Source: an uncultured delta proteobacterium (GTDB taxonomy: Bacteria > Myxococcota_A > Polyangia > Polyangiales > B10-G4). Taken from it: a DNA stretch of 64,000 bases. Numbering within the stretch: position 1 is the stretch's first letter; every line of letters starts with the position of its first letter. Positions 1-10,073 of the stretch are shown piece by piece. The stretch is from contig CAVSGI010000014.1 of NCBI GenBank assembly GCA_963727445.1, positions 320,001-384,000 on the forward strand, read 5' to 3'. The position numbers and the translations under genes are program-made. Below the pieces are notes generated by a model that was not told the DNA's origin, did no database searches, and worked only from the letters and a program-made list of their open reading frames with translations.

Positions 1-1149
1 CTTCTGCCGCACGCGCGCCCCATACATCCCGAGCCCGACGCCCACGGCGAGGGCGATCAGACCCGCGACTATCGCGTCGAAGGCGAAGAGATTGAGGACG
101 ACGGTGAGGGTCGCGGCCAGCGCGGCGAGGCGCCGGTAGACGAGCCCCCCGCGGGCCGTGAAAGCCGAGGCGGCGAAGACGATCGCCACCGCCGGCAGCG
201 TGAGGAGCGGCCAGTCGCCCACCGAAGACCCGTGCAGGATGTCCACGCGAACCACGTCGGCCCAGACCGACAGCCACCCGACGCACATCGTGAAGATGGC
301 GAGCAGCTGCGACGCCGCGAAGCGATAGCGCCCGCGGCCGGCGTCGGCGCGCACGTCGAAGACGAAGGAGATCAGCCCCAGCGATCCCACGGCCACACCG
401 AAGAAGGCCGGGGTGACCTCGTAGTACAGGAACGTCCGGCCGATGAGCACCAGGAGCGGCACGACCAGCATGGCGCGTGCAAAGCGCCCGTGCGGAGTCT
501 GAAGCGACGGACTCCCCGTGAGCACGCGGGTCTGCAGAAACAACACCAGCGGTGCGAGGACGAGCACGACGAGCGCCATCGCGTCCGGCTCGCGCAGCGG
601 CACCAGGAGCACGGAGCAGAGCCCGAGGAACGACAGGGTCAGGCCCGCACTGTGCCGGCGGGCGAGGGTCATCATGGCCACGAAGGTGGCCGGGATGATC
701 AACAGCTGTGCCCCCAGGATCAGCAGCACCGCCGTCGTGGCGTCGGTCGCCCGCCAGATGGCGTGCGCGGCCAGGTGACTCGTCGGCGCGTCGAGGGCGA
801 GCTGCGAGTAGAGCACGCCCCCGAGCACGGCGAAGTGCACCGGGACCACGGCGACGACCAGGCTGAGGAAGGTGCGCGCTCCCCGCTTCTCGTCGAGGAA
901 GAGGCCGCAGAAGAAACCCGCGCCGGCCAACAATCCCAACTGGCCCAGGAGCATGAGGTAGCGAACGACGTCGTCCCGTTGCCCCCAATCGCGAAACATG
1001 AAGGACGACGCGGCGACCACCAGAAGGATCGCGCCGAGCGAACGCAGGATGCGCGGCATCGCTTCCGAGGCGGCGCCACCTTCGCGGCTCGGGGGAGGCT
1101 CGGGCGCGGGCAGCGCGTCCTCGGTCTTCGACATTTCGCGACTCTTCAT
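1..1149 (-). CDS. Polytopic integral membrane protein (partial, runs off window start)
   Basis: Manual translation MKSREMSKTEDALP...RILRSLGAILLVVAASSFMF... gives about 10 hydrophobic helices with no stop before base 1. Its ATG overlaps the stop of the upstream PspA-like gene (ATGA). Confidence 0.8.
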   Translation of the reverse strand, partial: MKSREMSKTEDALPAPEPPPSREGGAASEAMPRILRSLGAILLVVAASSFMFRDWGQRDDVVRYLMLLGQLGLLAGAGFFCGLFLDEKRGARTFLSLVVAVVPVHFAVLGGVLYSQLALDAPTSHLAAHAIWRATDATTAVLLILGAQLLIIPATFVAMMTLARRHSAGLTLSFLGLCSVLLVPLREPDAMALVVLVLAPLVLFLQTRVLTGSPSLQTPHGRFARAMLVVPLLVLIGRTFLYYEVTPAFFGVAVGSLGLISFVFDVRADAGRGRYRFAASQLLAIFTMCVGWLSVWADVVRVDILHGSSVGDWPLLTLPAVAIVFAASAFTARGGLVYRRLAALAATLTVVLNLFAFDAIVAGLIALAVGVGLGMYGARVRQK

Positions 1150-1763
1150 CGTTCCTCCTCGTTTCTCGAACGGAGCGCGCGGAGCTCGGCGCGAAGCGCC
1201 CGCTCCTCTTCTTCCAGCGACAGCTCCTCGAAGGGATCGGCCACGTGCTCGGCGCGCGTGAGCACCATGTCCCAGCGGTCGAAGAGCGCCTCGATCGAGC
1301 CGTCGTCCACACCGATCGCCGACGGCAGCGCCTCGGCCTGCGCGCGGCGCGTCCGCATCAGATGGTGCTGACGAGCGGTGCTCTCGAGGCGCTCGCGAAG
1401 ACGCTCGGCGTGCGCCTCGAGACGCGACTCCGCCTGGCGGTGCTCGTAGTAGCGCTCGGCGAGATATTTCGCGCGCGCCTTCGCGCGACGCGCGTGACGC
1501 AAGAGCTCGAGCGCCGCCTCGTCCGAGCTCTCGGCGCGCGCGGTTCGCCGCCACGCGGTCGCGTTGGCCTTCTCTTGCGCCATCCGCGCCCTGAGCGCTT
1601 CGCTATCCCCCCGCACCTTCGACAGCTCTCGGCGCGCTGACTTTTCGGCCTGCTCGAGCTCGGCGAGCGCCGCCGCGACGAGCGCGTCGTGATCCTCGAG
1701 CTCGGCCACGGCGCGATCGACCCGCGACCACAGCCGCGAGGCCCAACCCCTGAAAGAACCCAT
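1146..1763 (-). CDS. PspA/IM30-family coiled-coil protein
   Basis: MGSFRGWASRLWSRVDRAVAELEDHDALVAAALAELEQ... is an all-helical coiled coil with an amphipathic N-helix. Start placed at the ATG just downstream of a sigma54-like motif. Confidence 0.7.
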   Translation of the reverse strand: MGSFRGWASRLWSRVDRAVAELEDHDALVAAALAELEQAEKSARRELSKVRGDSEALRARMAQEKANATAWRRTARAESSDEAALELLRHARRAKARAKYLAERYYEHRQAESRLEAHAERLRERLESTARQHHLMRTRRAQAEALPSAIGVDDGSIEALFDRWDMVLTRAEHVADPFEELSLEEEERALRAELRALRSRNEEER

Positions 1764-1776
1764 CGGCGCCTTGCTC

Positions 1777-1792
1777 AGCAATCGCCGCACCA
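1777..1792 (-). promoter_or_regulatory. Putative sigma54 (-24/-12) promoter of the pspA-like operon
   Basis: Minus strand TGGTGCGGCGATTGCT has GG-N10-GC spacing. Psp operons are sigma54-dependent in Proteobacteria. Confidence 0.6.
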
Positions 1793-1903
1793 ACGATAAA
1801 GCGCCACGATCTCGGCCGAGGCGCACGGGTGCATGAGCACGGCAGGTACAAACGCGCGCCGCGCCTGTGCGGCCAACGCACATCTGCGCTACAAGGCCCG
1901 GCG

Positions 1904-2980
1904 ATGAAGGACCGAGTCCTCGTGGTCGGCTGCGGCGCGATCGGCGGCACCATCGCTGGGCTCCTCACGGAGCACGGTGCGGCGGAGGTGGTCGCGCTCT
2001 GTCCCAACGAAGCCATCGCGAACGCCATCGGCGCGCACGGCTTCCGGCTGCGCGGGCGTGAAGATCCGCGCACCGTCGACGGCAGGGTGATCCCAACGCT
2101 CGACGGCCAGGATCCCTTCCGCTTCGTTCTGCTCGCCACACAGCCCACCGAGGTGGAAGAAGCCGCGCGGGCGGCCCTGCCCTACCTGGCCGACGACGGC
2201 CAGATGGTCGTCCTGCAGAACGGCCTCTGCGAGGCGCGCATCGAAGCGATCGCGGGCGAGGACCGCGTGATCGGCGCCATCCTCGCCTTCGGTGCGAGCA
2301 TGCCGGAGCCCGGCGTCTTCGAACGCACCAGCGCCGGCGGCATCACCTTGGGCCGCGCCACGCCGCGCACCAGCAGAGACGGCGACCTCGAAGCGCTCTC
2401 CCTCCTGCTCGAACCGGTCGGCCCCACACAGCTGGCCGACAACTTCCTGGGCGCGCGCTGGAGCAAGCTCGCCATCAACTGCGTCATCTCCACCCTGGGC
2501 ACGCTCGCCGGCTGCCGCCTCGGCAAGTACATCCGCTCGACGCCGGGGCGATACCTCGCCTTCGAGATCATCACCGAGACCGCCCTCGTGGCGCACGCCG
2601 AAGGGGTCACGCTCGAAAAGGTCGCCGGCACCCTCGACCTCGACTGGCTCACCCTCGACGACGCCGAGCGGCGCGGAGAGAAGCCCGCCAGCATGGCCGC
2701 CAAGCACGCGATGCTCCTCGCCGTCGGCGCGCGCTACCGCCGTCTGCGCTCCTCGATGCTCGCCGCGATCGAACGGGGGCGCGAGCCGGCGGTCGACTAT
2801 CTGAACGGCGAGGTCGTGAGTCGCGGACGGCAGCACGGCATCCCCACGCCGGTGAACGCCCGCGCGGTGGAGATGGTGCACGACCTCGCCGCGGGCCGTC
2901 GCGAAGCGGGGATGCACTTCGTCGACGAGCTCCTGCAGGTCTCGCCGCGGGGCCTCAGCTCGCCTCGAGCCGGATCGTGA
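1904..2980 (+). CDS. panE: 2-dehydropantoate 2-reductase (ApbA/PanE family)
   Basis: VVGCGAIGG Rossmann motif, LQNG, WSKLAIN, SSML, EPAVDYLNG and TPVN motifs. Confidence 0.85.
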   Translation: MKDRVLVVGCGAIGGTIAGLLTEHGAAEVVALCPNEAIANAIGAHGFRLRGREDPRTVDGRVIPTLDGQDPFRFVLLATQPTEVEEAARAALPYLADDGQMVVLQNGLCEARIEAIAGEDRVIGAILAFGASMPEPGVFERTSAGGITLGRATPRTSRDGDLEALSLLLEPVGPTQLADNFLGARWSKLAINCVISTLGTLAGCRLGKYIRSTPGRYLAFEIITETALVAHAEGVTLEKVAGTLDLDWLTLDDAERRGEKPASMAAKHAMLLAVGARYRRLRSSMLAAIERGREPAVDYLNGEVVSRGRQHGIPTPVNARAVEMVHDLAAGRREAGMHFVDELLQVSPRGLSSPRAGS

Positions 2981-4337
2981 AGCAGCTGCCCGTGTCCTTC
3001 GAGGAGCGGATCAGCACCTCGCCCCCGTGAGACTCGGCGAAGCGCTTCACCACCGCCAGCCCCAGCCCCGTGCCCACCGACTTGGTCGTGAAGAAGGGCT
3101 CGAAGAGACGGTCGCGGGCCTCCTCGGCGATGCCGGTGCCGCCGTCCTCGACCTCGATCAGGGCGTGACCATCCAGCCTGCGCACGCGCACCTCCACGGT
3201 GCCTCCGTCCTTCGAAGCCTGGGTCGCGTTGTCGATCAGGTTCAGCAGAGCGCGCCTCAGCAGATGCTCGTCCACCAGCGCCCGCGCCTCGTCGTCGGCG
3301 GCGAGCCGCACTGTCACCCCACGCGAGCGGGCGTCTTCGCGCGCGCTCGCGACGGCGTCTTCGGCAATCAGGCAGAGCTTCGCTTCGTGCTTGGCCAGCA
3401 CCGAGGGTCGCGCGAACTCGAGGAGATCGGCGACGGTGCGGTTCACCCGGCTCGCCTCCTCCCGGACGATGTCGAGGAGCGGCTCGACGTCGTGGCGCGG
3501 CTTCGCCACCCGCGCGAGCGTGGCGACGCTGTTGTAGATGACGCCGAGAGGGTTGCGCACCTCGTGCGCCACCACCGCCGCGAGCTCCCCGATCGCCGCG
3601 AGCCGCTCCCGCGCCACCAGCTCCCGCTGTGCGCGCTCGAGCTCGCTGTAGCTCTGCTTGAGGCTCGTCACCAACAGGGCGTTGCGCAGGGCCGCCCCCA
3701 CCGTCTGACCCAGGAGGTTCAGGAAGGGTCGATCCTCGTCGGACGGCAGCTGGTCGTGGAAGCCCATCGGCCGCGGGGGCCGGCGCATCACCAACACACT
3801 CCGATGTGGCGCATGCGGGCCGTGAACCGGCACGACGATCGCGAAGCCGGGCCCCGTGCCGGGCGGGTCATCGCCGTAGACGAGCTCGAGCGCGTCGAGG
3901 AGCGCAACGCATCGTGGGTCCGCGCGTAGCGCCTCCGGCGCGCCCAGCACGACCCCGTCTGGCAGCGCGATGTTCCGCACGCCCTCCCGCCGAAATCGCG
4001 AGAGGCCCCGGACGCTGTCCGTCTCGCGTCCGGGTACGGCGCGCGCGGCGACCGCATCCAGCGCCCCCTCTGCGTCCGACAGCAGCGCGAGCCCCTGCTC
4101 GAGGGGATAGAGCGTGTAGAGCATCTCGATCGCCTGCTCGAGGATGGCGGCGGGATGCGCCGTCGCCATGGCGCGCATCGCGTAGAGGTTGAGCGCATCG
4201 ACGCGGCGAAGCTGCTCGCTCAGGTTGCGCTGGGACATGCTCAAGCGCTGCTCGGTTCGCACCAGACGTTGGAGCTGCTCCGACAGCGCCTCGTTGCGCG
4301 CGCGAAGGACCTCGATCTCGCTCTCGTCCTCAGCCAT
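2955..4337 (-). CDS. Cytoplasmic sensor histidine kinase (coiled coil + GAF-like + HisKA/HATPase)
   Basis: H-box AHEVRNPL, N-box NLIDNA, G1 DGGTGI, F-box FEPFFTTK, G2 GTGLGL. Confidence 0.92.
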   Translation of the reverse strand: MAEDESEIEVLRARNEALSEQLQRLVRTEQRLSMSQRNLSEQLRRVDALNLYAMRAMATAHPAAILEQAIEMLYTLYPLEQGLALLSDAEGALDAVAARAVPGRETDSVRGLSRFRREGVRNIALPDGVVLGAPEALRADPRCVALLDALELVYGDDPPGTGPGFAIVVPVHGPHAPHRSVLVMRRPPRPMGFHDQLPSDEDRPFLNLLGQTVGAALRNALLVTSLKQSYSELERAQRELVARERLAAIGELAAVVAHEVRNPLGVIYNSVATLARVAKPRHDVEPLLDIVREEASRVNRTVADLLEFARPSVLAKHEAKLCLIAEDAVASAREDARSRGVTVRLAADDEARALVDEHLLRRALLNLIDNATQASKDGGTVEVRVRRLDGHALIEVEDGGTGIAEEARDRLFEPFFTTKSVGTGLGLAVVKRFAESHGGEVLIRSSKDTGSCFTIRLEAS

Positions 4338-5544
4338 CGGCCACGTCAGAGCGTGGGTACAGAGCGCAGATGACGCCCGCGTAGTTCTGAAACAGGGTGC
4401 TTCCGCCCACCGGCGCGATCTCGCCGTAGGTGTGCAGACCGATCCATGGGATGTCCTCACCGACGATGCGCCGGACGGGATCGACCATGGCCTCGGTGGC
4501 GCGGTGCTCGAAGAGAAGTCTTCCCCGCCCCGCGCAGTCGAGCTGCATCACGAAGAGCGGCTCCTGCCCGGCGCGCCGCTGGACCAACGACTGGGCGACG
4601 TGCTCGGCGTGCTCCACCACCTTGTCGGGATTGCGCAGCCCGAGCTGCACCGTGGTCCCCGTGACCAGTCCGGCCGCGAAGTAGAGGGCGCCCTGGTCGG
4701 GGTCCAGGGAAACGGGCACGCGCGGCGCAAAGTGCTCTATCTCGGCCGTCGGCGTCTCCCCATCGATGTCGACGTGCTCCGCGAGGATCATGTGCGCCAC
4801 GTGCATCGCTTCGAGCGTGTGGGCGTCGTCAGCGAGGTAGGTCTTGAAGAGCGACCACGCCGGTCGCCCGTCGATCTCGTAGACGTAACAGTCGTCCGCT
4901 CGGGTGACGGTGTGCTCCTGGCCGATCAGATCGCATCCGTGACTGACGAGGAGCTCGGCTTCGAAGTCGCCCTCGATCAGCACCGCCGACAAGCTATCCG
5001 AGAAGACCGCGCCGTCGAAGTACTGATACGTCTTTTCGAAGTTGAGCATGTCGCCCGCCGTCCCCCCGGCGATGAGAGGCAGCTCGTCGAGCCCCTCCTC
5101 GAGGCTGGCGATGAGCTCACGGCAGTTGCCGCGAATGCCGTCGGGGAAGAGGAGCAACAGCCCCTGCTTCGTGGCTTCACCCCGGAGCTGCTCGGCCAGG
5201 CGCTCGCCCGCGACGCGCGCGCTCTGTCCGAAGTCGGGCACGGAGAAGGTCCGGAAGTGTAGCTCGTCGCTGACGATCGCCATCACCGCCACCGCGTGGC
5301 TCACCTCCTCCGAGCCAGCCGAGGTGATCACCCCCTCGGCCGAGCAACCCGAGACGTTCCGTGCGCCGAGCACCGAGGTCACCCCGGCCATGAGCTCCGT
5401 CTGGTCGTGACCGGCCGTGGCGAAGACGAGGGTCAACGAAGGCGCCTCGCCCCCGAGCCCCGCTTTCGCCGCCTCGGCCGCCTCGATGCCGGCCGCACGA
5501 CTGTCGTAGCTGCGACTTCGCCCAACGCGCGCCGTGGTGCCCAC
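4330..5544 (-). CDS. FIST N/C-domain sensory protein (NosP-like)
   Basis: GCSAEGVI, AGGTAGD, VYEIDGRPA, DCAGRG and GLHTYGEIAP...FQNY motifs typical of FIST/FIST_C. Overlaps the kinase start. Confidence 0.88.
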   Translation of the reverse strand: MGTTARVGRSRSYDSRAAGIEAAEAAKAGLGGEAPSLTLVFATAGHDQTELMAGVTSVLGARNVSGCSAEGVITSAGSEEVSHAVAVMAIVSDELHFRTFSVPDFGQSARVAGERLAEQLRGEATKQGLLLLFPDGIRGNCRELIASLEEGLDELPLIAGGTAGDMLNFEKTYQYFDGAVFSDSLSAVLIEGDFEAELLVSHGCDLIGQEHTVTRADDCYVYEIDGRPAWSLFKTYLADDAHTLEAMHVAHMILAEHVDIDGETPTAEIEHFAPRVPVSLDPDQGALYFAAGLVTGTTVQLGLRNPDKVVEHAEHVAQSLVQRRAGQEPLFVMQLDCAGRGRLLFEHRATEAMVDPVRRIVGEDIPWIGLHTYGEIAPVGGSTLFQNYAGVICALYPRSDVADG

Positions 5545-5586
5545 GCAGATAACCTCGCTCTTGCGAGCATGATATACCAGCGCCCC

Positions 5587-6585
<999 letters not shown>

Positions 6586-6595
6586 GGAGCGCCGG

Positions 6596-7918
6596 CTAGC
6601 CCTCGAAGGCTTCGTCGGTGATCGCGAGGCACTCGTCGATGATGGCGAAGCCCTCGCGCAGCTGCGCCTCGTCGATGCAGAGCGGCGGATTGCAGAAGAA
6701 GCTGCTCCACCGAACGTAGGTGAACAGGCCCTTGTCGCGGAGCGCCTGACCGAAGGCGGCCATCGCCGGATGGGTGCCGCCGTAGGGCGCGAGGGGCTCG
6801 CCGTCGGCGTTCTTCTGGATGTCGACGATGCCGAGGAGACCCACCTGTCGCCCTTCCCTCACCGAAGGATGCGCGGCCGCGAGGCGATCCATCTCGGCGC
6901 GCATCACCTTCCCCATCGCGGCGGCGTTTTCGACCAGCCCCTCTTGTCGAATCACCTCGATGTTGGCGATGGCCGCGACGCAGCCGAGCACGTGCCCGTG
7001 ATAGGTGAGCCCGCCCCAGAAGACGTGGTCGTCGAAGTGACGGGCGATCTTCTCGCGCAATCCCATCGCGCCGAAGGGCACGTAGGAGCTCGCCAGGCCC
7101 TTGGCCATGGTCACGATGTCCGGGACGATGCCCGCGTGCTCGAAGCCGAACATCTTGCCGGTGCGACCGAAGCCGGCCATCACCTCGTCGCAGACGAGCA
7201 GGATGCCGTGCTTCTCGGTGAGCGCGCGGACGCCTTCGAGATAGCCGGCGGGGGGCGCGAGCACGCCGTTGGTGCCGGTGACTGACTCGATGAAAAACGC
7301 GGCGATCCGATCGGGGCCCTCGTAGTCGATGATCTCTTCGAGGTAGCGGAGGTTGTTCCGCGTGCGCTCCTCCTCGGACGCGCCGAAGGAGTACTTGTAG
7401 GGAGCGGGATCCATCACGTGAACCACGCCGGGCATCCCGGGCTCGTTCGGCAGGCGACGCGGATCGCCGGTGAGCTGCACCGCGCCGTGGGTCGCGCCGT
7501 GATAGCTGCGATAGCGGGCGAGGATCTTGTGGCGCCCCGTGTAGAGGCGCGCCGCCTTGATGGCGTTCTCGTTCGCCTCCGAGCCGCCCGTGGTGAAGAA
7601 GAAGCGATCGATGTCGCCCGGGAAGATCTCGGCGAGGAGCTTTCCGAGGCGCGCGCGCGGCTCGGTGGCGCCGTGCGGATAGACGTAGATCAGATCGCGA
7701 TCGATCTGCGCCTTGAGAGCCTCCTTCACCTTCGGGTGGGAGTGCCCGATGTTCACGCTCATCACCTGACTGTTGAAGTCGAGGAAGCGCCGCCCGTCCG
7801 GGGTGAAGAAGTAGACGCCCTCGGCGCGCGCGATGGGCAGGGGCTGCACCTTCGACTGCGCGGCCCACGAGAACATCGTGTGGCGCTTGCACAGGTCGAT
7901 CATCTCGTCCTGATTCAT
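6596..7918 (-). CDS. Class III PLP aminotransferase (omega-amino acid/taurine:pyruvate type)
   Basis: GGSEANENA, SYHG, DEVMAGFGRTG and PDIVTMAKGL (PLP lysine). Confidence 0.92.
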   Translation of the reverse strand: MNQDEMIDLCKRHTMFSWAAQSKVQPLPIARAEGVYFFTPDGRRFLDFNSQVMSVNIGHSHPKVKEALKAQIDRDLIYVYPHGATEPRARLGKLLAEIFPGDIDRFFFTTGGSEANENAIKAARLYTGRHKILARYRSYHGATHGAVQLTGDPRRLPNEPGMPGVVHVMDPAPYKYSFGASEEERTRNNLRYLEEIIDYEGPDRIAAFFIESVTGTNGVLAPPAGYLEGVRALTEKHGILLVCDEVMAGFGRTGKMFGFEHAGIVPDIVTMAKGLASSYVPFGAMGLREKIARHFDDHVFWGGLTYHGHVLGCVAAIANIEVIRQEGLVENAAAMGKVMRAEMDRLAAAHPSVREGRQVGLLGIVDIQKNADGEPLAPYGGTHPAMAAFGQALRDKGLFTYVRWSSFFCNPPLCIDEAQLREGFAIIDECLAITDEAFEG

Positions 7919-8017
7919 GGAGAAAATCCTCTCATTTCAGGGGAATGGGCGAATTCGCCTTGTGCGGAAGCTCACCACATCTCACACTCTGTGCGTCCCC
8001 GGAGAGGAATGTGATGC

Positions 8018-9889
8018 ATGAACGTCTGTCCGATCTGCCGCCGCGTGCTGTCGGATGATGTCTGCCCGATAGATCAGATCGAATCGGTCGAAGTCGAAGA
8101 CCACCTCGTGCCGCCGGAGGTTGCGGACGAGTTCGGGATCAAGGGCGTCTACGGCGCCGGGGACATGGGTGCGCTGTACCACGTCTACGACGGGTACAGC
8201 TCGAGCTGGGGCTTGCTCAAGCTGATGAAGCTGAGCGAGAGCGCCAGCGATGCGGGGCGCCAGCGCCTCGCCCGTGACCTCGACCGCCAGGTCCAGATGC
8301 CGGGCTCGAAGCGCCTCTGCCTCGCGCGCCGCGCGAAGGTCGAAGGCGACCGAGCGTGGGTATTTCGCCCGTGGATCGACGGTGAGACCCTCGAGAGCCG
8401 CCTCTTCCGCGAGGACAAGCTCGGCCTGGTGATCGCCATGGGCATCGTCGCCAAGACGGCCCAGGCCCTGGACGAGCTCCACAAAGCGGGCCTGGTCCAC
8501 GGCTCGCTCCACCCTGGTCACATCATCCTCATCCCCTCCGAGGACGAGGTGCCCGACGTCGCGTTGATCGACGCCGGCATCGTTGGCGACGCCCAGCGCG
8601 GCTCCGCCTTCGACGACCTCGGCGACCTCTTCTACATGTCGCCCGAGCAGATCAAGGGCAGGGCCTGGGGCTTCCGCTCCGACCTCTACGCCCTCGGCTG
8701 CGTCTTCTACGAGATGGTGGCCGGGGAGCCGCCCTTCGACGGCGACACCGCCGAAGGCGTGATGGCCGCGCACCAGTACCAGGTGCCGAGCATCCCCGAC
8801 GTCCTTCCATCCACGATCGCGCAGCTCCTTCAACGCATGTTGGCCAAGGTCCCCTCGGATCGGCCGATGTCCACGCGGGAGATCATCAGCACGCTCCGGC
8901 CCTACGTGGGCGAGATCGACGAGGCGTCGTCGAGCACGCCGCCGCCGGCCCGGACGAGCAGCGCACCTGCGGTGCGCACCAGCAGCGCGCCCCCGATGCC
9001 GCCAGCGCCGGCCACCCGCGTCAGCAGCGTGCCACCGGTGCCCGCGGTGCCCCTGCGCGGCAGCAGCTATCCGCCCACGCCCCCACGGGCCGAGAGTGCG
9101 CCGCCGCCGGCGATGTCCCTCGCGGAGATCGCGGCGCAGGCGCGCGCTTCCAAGGCCGCGTCGGTGACGACGCTTCCGGAGCCCGAGCCGACGATCATCG
9201 TCGAGCCCGAGCACCGGAAGCGGCGCGACCCCTCGTCGATCCAGATCCTGGTCTCGGACTTGGCCGACGTCGTGGAGAGCACGGGGACCTTCGTCATCCA
9301 GAAGACGGCGCGCTTGCCGTGGCTCTCCCTCGGCATCCTCATCGGCGTCCTGACCACCGCCGGCACGGCCTATGGGATGGCGATGAGCGGCCAGTTCCAC
9401 CTCATCACGAACGCCATGAGCGACTACCTCGCCGTGCCCGAGGAAAACCTCGAAGCGCTGGATCACGAGGTGACGCCTCCCGCGACGCCGACCGCCGCAC
9501 CCGCGGCCGCCGAGGCGCCACCGGCCGCACCCCCGCTCGGGGCCTCGACGGTCGTTCAGGCGGCGGAGATGGACGACGCGGAGTCGGACGCTGAGGCGGA
9601 GACGGCGACGGAGACGGAACCGGAGTCGGACGCGGACTCGGCTTCGGAGACGGAGCCGGATTCGGAGACGGCGGCGGAGACGGACGCGGACTCGGAGTCG
9701 GACGCGGACGAGCCCCAGCCCACCACCGAGGAAGAGGAAGCCGAGGCGGCCGCCGCGGCCGCTCGCCAGGCCCGCGCCCGCCGGATCCGCCGCCGCCGCG
9801 CCCGCCGCCGGGCTCGCCGACGCGCCCGCGCCCAGATGCGCGGCGCTGCCATGAGCAGCGGCGGCCTCGTGGGTGGGCTCGCGCTCTAG
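8018..9889 (+). CDS. Membrane-anchored Ser/Thr kinase-like protein, probable pseudokinase
   Basis: N-terminal CPIC...CPID zinc ribbon. Kinase fold (YMSPEQ, SDLYALG) with the catalytic loop degenerated to HGSLHPGH and DFG to DAG. Pro-rich linker, TM helix, acidic then Arg-rich tail. Confidence 0.8.
   Translation: MNVCPICRRVLSDDVCPIDQIESVEVEDHLVPPEVADEFGIKGVYGAGDMGALYHVYDGYSSSWGLLKLMKLSESASDAGRQRLARDLDRQVQMPGSKRLCLARRAKVEGDRAWVFRPWIDGETLESRLFREDKLGLVIAMGIVAKTAQALDELHKAGLVHGSLHPGHIILIPSEDEVPDVALIDAGIVGDAQRGSAFDDLGDLFYMSPEQIKGRAWGFRSDLYALGCVFYEMVAGEPPFDGDTAEGVMAAHQYQVPSIPDVLPSTIAQLLQRMLAKVPSDRPMSTREIISTLRPYVGEIDEASSSTPPPARTSSAPAVRTSSAPPMPPAPATRVSSVPPVPAVPLRGSSYPPTPPRAESAPPPAMSLAEIAAQARASKAASVTTLPEPEPTIIVEPEHRKRRDPSSIQILVSDLADVVESTGTFVIQKTARLPWLSLGILIGVLTTAGTAYGMAMSGQFHLITNAMSDYLAVPEENLEALDHEVTPPATPTAAPAAAEAPPAAPPLGASTVVQAAEMDDAESDAEAETATETEPESDADSASETEPDSETAAETDADSESDADEPQPTTEEEEAEAAAAAARQARARRIRRRRARRRARRRARAQMRGAAMSSGGLVGGLAL
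9570..9720 (+). repeat. Low-complexity acidic hexamer-like repeat (ESD/AET/ETE) within the pseudokinase
   Basis: Degenerate gagtcggac/gagacg/gcggag repeats encoding ESDAEAETATETEPESDADSASETEPDSE. Confidence 0.7.
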
Positions 9890-10073
9890 AGCGCTGCTCA
9901 CCCGGTTTTCCCCCGTATCCGTGCGCAGTTGGCGCGCCAGTGGCCACCCCACTGACCATGTGGGCCGGTGTAAGTGTGCGTAATCCCATGTGTGGATTTG
10001 TGCACTGTCCTTGCATGGGCCACATGGAGCAACGAGCGGGTCCGAATTGGAGGACCCCTCTTGGGGAGGAACG

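Noticed and set aside
9925..9945. Sigma54-like motif/palindrome TGGCGCGCCA upstream of the subtilase
   Set aside because: The best GG-N10-GC match is on the minus strand with no downstream gene, and GC palindromes are expected by chance here.
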